A stretch of 64,000 nucleotides of DNA from NCBI GenBank assembly GCA_035084275.1, contig CM068779.1:1488001-1552000 (forward strand), read 5' to 3'. Each line of letters starts with the position of its first letter. Within the stretch, counting starts at the first letter, position 1. Both the position numbers and the translations under genes were made by a program. Shown one piece after another: positions 24,801 through 32,500 of the stretch. Origin of the DNA: Hydrolagus colliei. Taxonomy: Eukaryota. Under the pieces are notes generated by a model. It was not told the DNA's origin, ran no database searches, and saw only the letters and a program-made list of their open reading frames with translations.

Positions 24801-26533
24801 ACTCTCAGGAATTAGGAAAACAGGATGTATCCAACCAGTGAGAGAGTGTGCATTCCATTCCAATACATGATTCTCAGACAGGGAAAAACCACAGAGCAGT
24901 TTTCTTACTCTATACACAAACACATTTGTTTAACCAGCAGTAAGTAGGAGCCCAGTTGTAAATTGAACGGCAGATCACTTTTTTGGAAGTAATAATCTCT
25001 CCAATAAATAAATAATAATTTGATCACTGTTTGTGGGACGCTGCTGTGCACAATTGGCTACCGTATTTCTCCCACAAAATATCATTACACTTTATTTGAA
25101 GCACATTGAGACGTTTTGAAGACATGATAAGGTGATATATCAAATGGAAGTTTTGGAAATGGAAGCTAACAAATATACAGTCAATTTTCCGACTCTTCTT
25201 CATGCTGCCCCGACCCGTCCCCCCTTGCTCTTGTCCCTACTTAACTGTCCAGCGCCTTGGGACGTCCTCTCGACATGAAAGGCACTATATAAATGTACAT
25301 TTTGATTGATTGATTGATTGATTGATTATTATAATTGATTCCATACTGTTGATAATCATCTGGGAAAAGTTCACATTGGTAGAAATTGTTTGTTATAAAT
25401 TGTAGCCACTGTTGACAGATGACACTGTTTGAAAATAGAAAGAAATTTATCCTAGCGCCCAAACAACAATCCCACAAATAAAATTGGTGACTTGATTCAG
25501 GCTGTTTGTTGGTTATCCATGCATTCAAAGTGGCGTGAACGGCATTTCTACAGGGTTAGCGTGAGTGGTGCAAAGTAGATTTAGAATAATTCATATAAAG
25601 AGCACTTCACATGGGATAGGGTTTCGGAACATTTAACAATGGGAAGACTGACGCTCAACCGGGGGAGGGAGGAGGTGACATGTGCCTATGAAACTATATT
25701 CCAGCAGACAGGACAGCGGGGAGAAAATAAGGTAACACATACTGTGTATCTATGTGGCAGAAATATTATTTCTCTACTTCAAGCAGCTGAATGACATGAA
25801 AATGAACCATCAGATCGTGAGCATCTCGTCCATTATCTGGATATAAAACATTTTGTGTGAAGATATCCATTTTCATTTTCACCCAGATTTCTCCCTGAAC
25901 GTGGTACAGTTAACAACAAATACCCTGGGACATGAATGGCACATAGATAGGTTATTGTCAGTGTAACTGTTACTTACCCAGCACTTTCAGGACGATTGAC
26001 ACTGATTTTGAATTTCCAGTGACTGGGGTCAAATTCAAGATATAAGTTCCATTGTCGGCAGTTGTCACTGATTTCAGGTGGAGAGACACGTCTGGGAGGA
26101 ATATCTCAGCCCGGTCTCGGTAATCAGGTTTGACAGATACCCCCAGTTCGACCCACAAAAGTACTTGCTTGGCGCCAAAACTCCAGGTCCCACTCTCCAC
26201 CTCCCCAGACACTGTCACTTTAAACTCAACTGTATCTCCGACAGCTGCTGTAATGGTGTCTGGTACAGTGACGGTGATTTCTGCTGTAACTGGAGAGAGA
26301 GAAAATCCCATCAAGGACTGCGAGGCATCACTGAATACATATCTACACAGTTCGTCCTGGCTGACGCCCTCTCTCTCTCTCTCTCTATTGTAGGGACGTG
26401 GTCAGCAAGTTCTCCCTGTCTCTATCGTTAAACATTTACAATAAACTCCCAACTGAGAGCAGGTGAGAAAGTGAGACTCACCCGCACATACACAGCAGCA
26501 AAGAGCAACTACCCCGAGCAGTGCTGTCTGCAT
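685..26533 (-). CDS. Gene 1: CEACAM-like inhibitory-type Ig receptor (L-N-A1-B1-A2-B2-A3-B3-A4-B4-TM-ITSM tail), spliced CDS 2928 nt, ~975 aa
   Basis: join(26533-26482,26289-25978,22887-22609,21805-21542,20036-19758,18918-18655,16860-16582,15912-15649,11826-11551,11461-11201,8333-8207,4772-4717,4450-4394,2118-2078,801-685). All junctions are GT-AG and phases are compatible; I saw no in-frame stop in the joined exons. Cys-less IgV, alternating A/B C2 exons (279 nt A exons) and an LSGGAIAGIVI TM are CEACAM-family hallmarks. Confidence 0.85.
1325..1745 (+). mobile_element. L2 3' fragment
   Basis: [16 protein letters not shown] similarity to the L2 RT C-terminus; decayed tail. Confidence 0.8.
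2078..2118 (-). CDS. Gene 1 cytoplasmic exon (S)PQQSSRGANTATA, 41 nt, phase 1-0
   Basis: Acceptor tttttttgtcttccag, donor gtaaga; phases fit both neighbours. Confidence 0.75.
4394..4450 (-). CDS. Gene 1 cytoplasmic exon (I)PPSQTEYATVQRKEQNPQ, 57 nt, phase 1-1, ITSM
   Basis: Acceptor ttttccgacacag, donor gtaagt; TEYATV matches TxYxxV/I. Confidence 0.85.
4717..4772 (-). CDS. Gene 1 cytoplasmic exon (R)EKSGSNHQNGVTMDATGN, 56 nt, phase 2-1
   Basis: Acceptor cattcatttag, donor gtaagt; bridges the TM exon (phase 2) and the ITSM exon (phase 1). Confidence 0.8.
5950..6295 (-). mobile_element. tRNA-head / L2-tail SINE
   Basis: A/B-box head, cctgtttacc..agtaa core, gaagcg(g/c)tttgagacgtc tail. Confidence 0.75.
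6887..6977 (-). CDS. Candidate alternative terminal exon of gene 1 (R)ERKSNIQKKNDQENQVYFSRDRTIENQAC*
   Basis: Acceptor cctatcatatcag in phase 2, 29 codons then TGA; AATAAA on minus strand at 6838-6833. Confidence 0.45.
8207..8333 (-). CDS. Gene 1 transmembrane exon DSPQGKDPNRLSGGAIAGIVIACIVVVALIVALAVWFVKGKGR
   Basis: Acceptor tattttacag, donor gtaaat, 127 nt phase 1-2; hydrophobic helix followed by basic stop-transfer residues. Confidence 0.9.
8695..9130 (-). mobile_element. L2 3' fragment
   Basis: Reverse-strand L2 3' end and caacaacaa tail. Confidence 0.7.
11201..11461 (-). CDS. Gene 1 IgC2 B4 exon (261 nt)
   Basis: GPDVP..C..W..DVGIYTC; acceptor ttctgttgcag, donor gtgagt; phase 1-1. Confidence 0.92.
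11551..11826 (-). CDS. Gene 1 IgC2 A4 exon (276 nt)
   Basis: C..W..DVGTYRC; GT-AG; 89-nt intron to B4. Confidence 0.92.
14121..14220 (-). pseudogene. 3' remnant of a B-type IgC2 exon ([32 protein letters not shown])
   Basis: Similar to the 3' halves of B1/B2/B3; 5' half missing and an L2 3' fragment (~14240-14450) abuts it. Confidence 0.75.
14950..15295 (+). mobile_element. tRNA-head / L2-tail SINE
   Basis: gctcagtggttagagcactcgcctc head; gtgggacactgctgt..aattggctgcc core; attatt tail. Related copies at ~1200, 9480, 9885, 12780, 18035, 39020. Confidence 0.78.
15649..15912 (-). CDS. Gene 1 IgC2 B3 exon (264 nt)
   Basis: GPEDP..LSC..WYCN..TGNYTC; acceptor ctattttag, donor gtatgt. Confidence 0.9.
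16582..16860 (-). CDS. Gene 1 IgC2 A3 exon (279 nt)
   Basis: LTC..WFKD..DIGEYMC; GT-AG, phase 1-1. Confidence 0.92.
17130..17365 (-). mobile_element. DeuSINE-like fragment (related copy ~37880-38050)
   Basis: Reverse-strand tRNA head ggacttgaacctacaatcttc and conserved body. Confidence 0.6.
17365..17700 (-). mobile_element. tRNA-head / L2-tail SINE
   Basis: Well-preserved reverse copy with ggattcgaa B box. Confidence 0.8.
18655..18918 (-). CDS. Gene 1 IgC2 B2 exon (264 nt; not in ORF track, no ATG)
   Basis: [52 protein letters not shown]; acceptor ctattttag, donor gtacgt. Confidence 0.9.
19758..20036 (-). CDS. Gene 1 IgC2 A2 exon (279 nt)
   Basis: LTC..WFKD..DTGGYTC; GT-AG. Confidence 0.92.
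20405..21115 (+). mobile_element. Decayed CR1 3' fragment (copy ~41370-42080)
   Basis: CR1-like RT C-terminus (cacattaggaagaatgtc..gaggtgtacaaaattatga) and 3' end. Confidence 0.75.
21542..21805 (-). CDS. Gene 1 IgC2 B1 exon (264 nt)
   Basis: YGPGLP..FLC..WFH..TGNYTC; GT-AG. Confidence 0.92.
22609..22887 (-). CDS. Gene 1 IgC2 A1 exon (279 nt)
   Basis: LKC..WLKD..DSGNYTC; GT-AG. Confidence 0.92.
25978..26289 (-). CDS. Gene 1 IgV-like N domain exon (312 nt), no cysteines
   Basis: W in C strand, DNGTY F-strand motif, both canonical Cys absent; acceptor ttttctctctctccag, donor gtaagt. Confidence 0.92.
26482..26533 (-). CDS. Gene 1 leader exon [17 protein letters not shown]
   Basis: ATG at 26533, hydrophobic signal peptide, donor gtgagt phase 1. 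Confidence 0.88.
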
Positions 26534-26541
26534 CCTGGCCT

Positions 26542-26670
26542 CAGCCTGTGTCCTGGTCTCTGGTCACTGAGCAGCCTGTGTCCTGGTCTCTGGTCACTGA
26601 GCAGCCTGTGTCCTGGTCTCTGGTCACTGAGCAGCCTGTGTCCTGGTCTCTGGTCACTGAGCAGCCTGTG
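26542..26670. repeat. 30-bp tandem repeat x4.3 (cagcctgtgtcctggtctctggtcactgag) just upstream of gene 1 ATG
   Basis: Four perfect units plus a 9-nt partial; paralogue at 47499-47627 has one substitution. Confidence 0.95.
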
Positions 26671-26730
26671 CTGGTTACACTCAGTCAGTCAGTAGAGTTT
26701 TCTCTTCTCCCAGCTCTGCACTTATTGAGC

Positions 26731-26741
26731 AAATAGGAAGT
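26731..26741 (+). promoter_or_regulatory. Candidate ETS/PU.1-type site (aaataggaagt) ~200 bp upstream of ATG; copy at 47688-47698
   Basis: Motif match and position only. Confidence 0.3.
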
Positions 26742-27404
26742 AGGGAGTGGGTGGGGACTGACTGCAGTGTGGTTCCTGGCCAGTGATATCAAATGTCTCG
26801 GGTATTTCAAGTCAGAACAGGGTTTGCACAAAGCCCAGGAGCCTGGACACTGTGACCTGTTAGACAGTAACAAGGCAGCAGTTTGGATCTCTGTTCAGCT
26901 TGTTTTAAAGTTAGTTTCTAAAATATAAAATACATTTAATAAACATGATGTTAATCCTTTATTTGATACAGTCCCTGATCCCATCTTTGAAAAGCTTCAC
27001 AGGATCTACTGTAAAGTATAGTAGTGTCTGTTTGTTTTGTGGCGAAACACTAAACCCAGCAGCCAATTGGGCACAGCAGTGTCCCACACACAGGCAAAGT
27101 CATGGTAACTATTGCACTTGATACACAGCCTTTCCTGTCAGGAGAACATTTCAAACTGCTTCACAGGATTTTTTACAGTAAATTATAGAATGTGGCAGGC
27201 GATGTAGGCACAGTGACACACACTGGCATGAAGTGTACAACCATAACGCTGAACAACAAAAACATTACATTTGTATATTGCCTTTCACGGTGGGAGAACA
27301 GCCCAAGATGAATGACAGCTCCCTGACTGACCAACAAACGGCTTAATGTCATTATTCAACACAGGGTTAGAAATCAAATGTGAGTCACTGTTTACCTGTT
27401 TACT

Positions 27405-27690
27405 GTCCTGTAGCTCAGTGGTGAGAGCACTCACCTTACAAGCAAGAGACTAGGTTTGATTCCCGGCAGGTCACAACAAAATCTTGGGCAAGTTTCCTTT
27501 CTCGACATGTCTAATAATAATCCCTCAAAAAAAATTGTCATTTTCAATCCACGACTGTTTGTGGGACACTGCTGCGTACAATTGGTTGCCACCCACAAAT
27601 ATACAGTCAATTCTCTTTACAGTTAATTCTGTGAAGCGCATTGAGACGTCTAGAAGACGTGAAAAGCACTATATCCCATGCAGGATGATT
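27405..27690 (+). mobile_element. tRNA-head / L2-tail SINE (copy ~48380-48665)
   Basis: tagctcagtggtgagagcactc head, family core and tail. Confidence 0.78.
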
Positions 27691-27889
27691 ATTATGATGA
27701 AGCTTTGTGTGATCTTACACTGTGTAACAGCCCCACAGTCTGGCAGATCAGTGCTATTACACAATAATAATAATAATAATCCTTGCATTTGATATCGCCC
27801 TTTTCACATCTTATCAATGTTATGCAAATGCCCTGCTGGTCGGTCTTCCTAATTCTTCCCTCCACAGGCTACAGATAATCTAGAATATT

Positions 27890-28390
27890 GTGTCCTTTAC
27901 CGTTCCAAACTCCATGACCCCATCTTCCCCATCCTCACCTGTCTCCATTGGCTCTCCATCATTCAGAAGATCCGATTCAAGATACTGGTGTTCACATTTA
28001 AAGCCCTTCACAACCTCACCCCACCCTACATCCGTGACCTCCTATCCCCTTACCAACCTGCCCGCCCCCTCCGCTCAGCAGGCTCTGGCCTGTTCCAAGT
28101 CTTCTGACCCACACGCCACACAAGTGGCCACTCTCTCCGTCACTCTGCCTTCAACGTCTGGAACTCCATCCCGCAGTCACTCCGCCTCGTTCCCTCCCTG
28201 GCCTCCTTCAAGTCTCGCCTCAAGACTCTCCTCTTCGATGGACCCATCGCAACTCTTAATCCCCCTTCCCTCCCCCACCCACCCCCCTGGCCTCAGCTCG
28301 GGTCTGATGCAGTAACTGTCCAGAGCCTTGGGACGTCCTTCTGACGTGAAAGACGCTATACAAGTATAATTTTGTTGTTTTGTTGTATAT
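27890..28390 (+). mobile_element. L2 3' fragment (copy ~48860-49360)
   Basis: LHWLSIIQKIRFKILVFTFKAL; gggacgtcc..gtgaaag tail. Confidence 0.85.
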
Positions 28391-28659
28391 TCTGTAAAGC
28401 GCTACCGGACGGTTCAAAGAAGAGAAAAACGCTTTATCCAATGCAAGGATTATTGTTATTGTATTCTGTGAAGCGCTGAGACGTACCAAGATATGGTAAG
28501 GTGTTATATCAAATGCTCCAATTATCATTCATCATTTTCCAGCTCTTCTACAATGAAACAACCAGTGATTTCAGCCATTTTAATTCTGTAGCCTGATTAT
28601 TGATACAATATAAAAATACTAAATGACATTTACAGCGTCTTTTACATCTGGAAGACAAC

Positions 28660-29340
28660 CACAACAAAATTACATTGATACATGTTGGAAGGACGTCCCA
28701 AGGTGCTGCACAGTTAGGGATTTGGATCCGAGCTGAGGATCAGGAGGGGTGGAGGGCAGTGAGGTTGGAGGATGGAAGGTGACCGAAGGCATGGTTAAAG
28801 AGAGGGTCTTAATTCTGGACTTGAAAGAGGCAAGGGAGAGGGTGAGGACAAGGTCAGTGTCTGTAGAGCAGAGGAACGGACATGTAGGTGAAGCTTTAAT
28901 AGGTGGCAAAGGTAGTGAGGAAGAAGGCCATGGATAGCTTTAAAGAGAGTTCTCATAGTCAAGCCTGGATTTAATGAAAGCGTGAATAAGGGTTTCAGCA
29001 CCTGAGGGCAGAGACAGTGGTGAAGGTGGGCAATGTTGTGGAGGTGGGGCAAGGCAGGATGGGTCATGGCACAGATGTAGAGTTTAAAGTACAGTTGAGG
29101 GTTGAACAAGACACCAAGGCTCAGTGACGGAGAGAGTAGATCCATGGATAGTGATCACTGGCAGCGCCTGAGGTGAGGAAGTGCTGATGGGAGCCAAGCA
29201 AGAGGTCCTCGGTCTTGTTGACGTTCAATTGGAGAAAGTCAGCTCTCAGCCAGGACTTGATGTCTGACAGACAATCCATCAGGACAGCAGTGATCCTGGA
29301 GTCGAGGCTGGGGGCAGAGAGATAGAGTTGACCACAGGCC
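28660..29340 (-). mobile_element. L2 fragment (copy ~49630-50310)
   Basis: Reverse-strand L2 RT C-terminal similarity and tail. Confidence 0.8.
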
Positions 29341-29508
29341 TGTGGATGATATCACACAGCAGGACACCACATTAGAATTACGCTGCCAGAGTTCATGAAC
29401 ACAGAGAAACACTGGGTGATACAAGCTGCCAGACTTGTTGGGGAGATGAATAAGCCGCACATCAGCACTTCGCATCTCCAGTCCTCGCACAGTCAGCCAT
29501 TCAGCCAA

Positions 29509-29568
29509 TTATCCAGCCATTTTGCCTCTCAGGTCACTGTACAGGGACTGATCGTGTGGCTGTAAAGT
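29509..29568 (-). CDS. Gene 2 terminal exon [19 protein letters not shown] (ITAM second half)
   Basis: Acceptor ctcttcctgtcttctctggacag, phase 0, TAA at 29511-29509. Confidence 0.85.
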   Translation of the reverse strand, partial: TLQPHDQSLYSDLRGKMAG

Positions 29569-32500
29569 CTGTCCAGAGAAGACAGGAAGAGAGTGTCACT
29601 AGTGTCACAGGGTGTAACAGTTATCTGAGGGTAAATAATAATAATAATCCTGGCATTTGACGCAGCGCCTTATCATATTGGTAAACAGTTAAAGTGCTTC
29701 ACAGGAAATACTGTCAAGTGTAGTGACTGTGTGTTTAGTGGGGGAAATGCAGCAACAATTGAGAAAAGCGATGCACTAACAAACAGCAGTGGATTGAGTG
29801 ACCAAAATATGTATATATTATTTAAGGCATTGTTACCCCCAGAAAGTGATCCACCAATCGACCCCCAAGCAGTTTCTTTGTTACTGCTGGTAAACAGAGG
29901 TGTGTGAGTGTGAGTGCATCTGTTTCTGTCTGTGTGTGTTTTTATGGAATAAGAAAACTTCCCTAAGGTTTCGCCCTGACCTGTAGCACCAGGGAATCGA
30001 ACCCAGGTCTTCTCGTTTGTGAAGCGAGTGCTCTAAGTACTGAACTGCGAGTGCTCTAACCACTGGGCTACAGAACACCACCAGTGTCCCAAGGTGTGGC
30101 AGTTATCTGGGGGACAATAGAAATCAAGGAGCCTGGTGTAGAGAGTGTGACGGAGTGACTGTCAGCAGCATGTATACAGTGAGCAACATAGACACACAGC
30201 TGACCCCTCTGTGGGCAGCAGATCTCAGCAGAGGGTTGGCAGAGGTCTGGAGGAGGGCACTTTGCCATCCTGGCCACTAATACATGGTGCGGGGCTTAGG
30301 ACAGAGGCTACAAGAGGATGTTTGGCTTCCCACACAATAAAATATTAATTATCTCTCACCGTGTAGGTGGCATTGGGATCAGAGGCCTCAGTGCGTTCCT
30401 GTGTAAGAAAGTGAGACAGTCAATATAGACAAGCAGTAGATAGGAAGAGTTGTGCTGAAGGCACAGAGAGCAACATTAACCTGACTTTGTATTTCACATC
30501 TGATTAACAACATCATCATAGATTGTGGTGACAGCACAGAACTGTGTCTGCGTCTGTGCTGGTGTTCGCTCCCCCACTGGAGCTCTCTACTCTAACCCCA
30601 TTCCCTGTTGTGTTCTATCATGTCTGTTCTGGTGCTCTCTGAGACAGTATCTTAATGAAGGGCGCTATATAAATACACATTATTATTGCTGTGCTGTGTT
30701 TGAAGCTAGACTGACACATCAGAGGAGTACTGAGGGAGACAGCAATGTCCATACATTATACAGTAAACATCTGTCTGCCTGTTGTGATGGTTCATGTGGA
30801 ATGATATAGAACATACAACAAACACACACCATTTAGTCCAACATGTTCATGGAGGTGTTTATATTCCAGCTGTGCCCCACCCCTGCTGTGATCCCCTCTC
30901 CTACTCTCTATTCCCTTCTCCCTCATCCATCCAATATGGTTCAACTTAATAACAACAACAAATGTCAGTTACACAGTCTCTTTCATGTCAGGAGGAATGT
31001 CCTAAGATACTGTCCTAAGACAGTCTGGGATCTGCACTCGAGCTGGGGATTGGGATCAGGAGGGAGTGGGGGGCAGGGAGAGTCGGGGTAGGAGGGTGAC
31101 CAAGGGCGGGATTGCTTGAAGAGCAGGTAATTGAGACAGCTCTTGAGAAGGAGGCGAGGGAGACTGAGGGATACAGTTCCAGAGGGTGGTGGCAGAGACG
31201 CTAAAGGCCTGTCTGTCTACGGTGTGGCGGGTGAGGCAGGACACATGAAGCAGGCTAGAGCTCTCTGAGGACGGCGTGCACAGTTTCTAGGGGGTTAGGA
31301 AATCACAGAGACCAAGGTGAAGAACAGGAACTTGAACTTTAATTTGCTGATGCTTCTTACATCAACCACATCAACTTCCTCGTTCTCTCGTCCCCCTGTG
31401 TCCAGCGGTTCCTCCTAATCTCCCTCACTATCTGGCTTTGATGTCCTGTGGCTCAGTGGTTAGAGCACTCTCCTCGCAAGTGACAGAACCTGGGTTCGCT
31501 TCGTGGCCAGGGTGAAATGTTAGGGAAGATTCACACATGCGCACACACACGTGCACACACACACAGGCCTCTGTTTTCTTAACAGTGGGTAAGAGCCAGG
31601 TTCTTAGTCGATTGGAGGATCACTTTTTCAGGACTAATCTGTTCAAAAAACTATTTGGTCACTGAACCCACTTCTGTTCGTGGGATGCTGTTGCTCGCAA
31701 TTGGTTGCTGTGTTTCACCTAAAATATATACAGTGAATTTCCTTACAGTATATCCTGTGAAGCGCTTTCAGACATCTAAAAGATGTTATAAGGAACAGGA
31801 TTATTATTATCGAGGTTCCTCTTAAAACTGCTAAAACTTTTCACTTCGACTACAGTTTCCTCATTCTCTCTGCCCTCTATGTAAACAAGTTCCCCCTAAA
31901 CACCCTTATGATCTGCTATCTCAATATATCTCTCAACATCCACCTTATTGAATTTTGCACAGTTTTTAACTCCTCTATCAGAGTTCACACTCCTGGTTCT
32001 CATCTTGAAATCCCTGCTCACCCCCATAACAATAATAATACTTGTCATTGATATAGAACCTTATCATGTTGTTAAGACATCTCAGCACTTCATAGGAAAT
32101 ACTGTAAAGTGTAGTGACTGTGACAGCCAATTGCACACAGCAGGGCCCCACAAATCGTCCTAGATTGAGAGACAAATTATTATTTTAAAAAGTCATTACT
32201 ACCCCTGGAAAAGCAATCCACCATTTCACTAACAACAACAACAAAATTACACCTTGTATACGTCACAAGGCACAAATGTGTTCCTACTTACTGCTGGTGA
32301 ACAGAGCACTTGTGTGTGCATGTCTCTGTGAGGAAACGTGCCTAAGGTTTCGCCCTGACCTGCCTGGGTATCGAACCCACTTGTGAGGCAAGTGCTCTAA
32401 TCACTGAGCTACAGGATCCACAAACAGAGCCAGAAGGCGAGTGAGTGAGAGACATGCGGAGAAGCTGTAGAGGTCTGGATCTTGTCAGGAGAAGAATAGC

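Noticed and set aside
26542-26670. CRISPR-like 30-bp repeats
   Set aside because: Units are contiguous with no spacers, and the context is a spliced vertebrate gene.
31978-32013. Alternative terminal exon [11 protein letters not shown] for the ITAM gene
   Set aside because: The acceptor has no polypyrimidine tract and sits beside a SINE tail.
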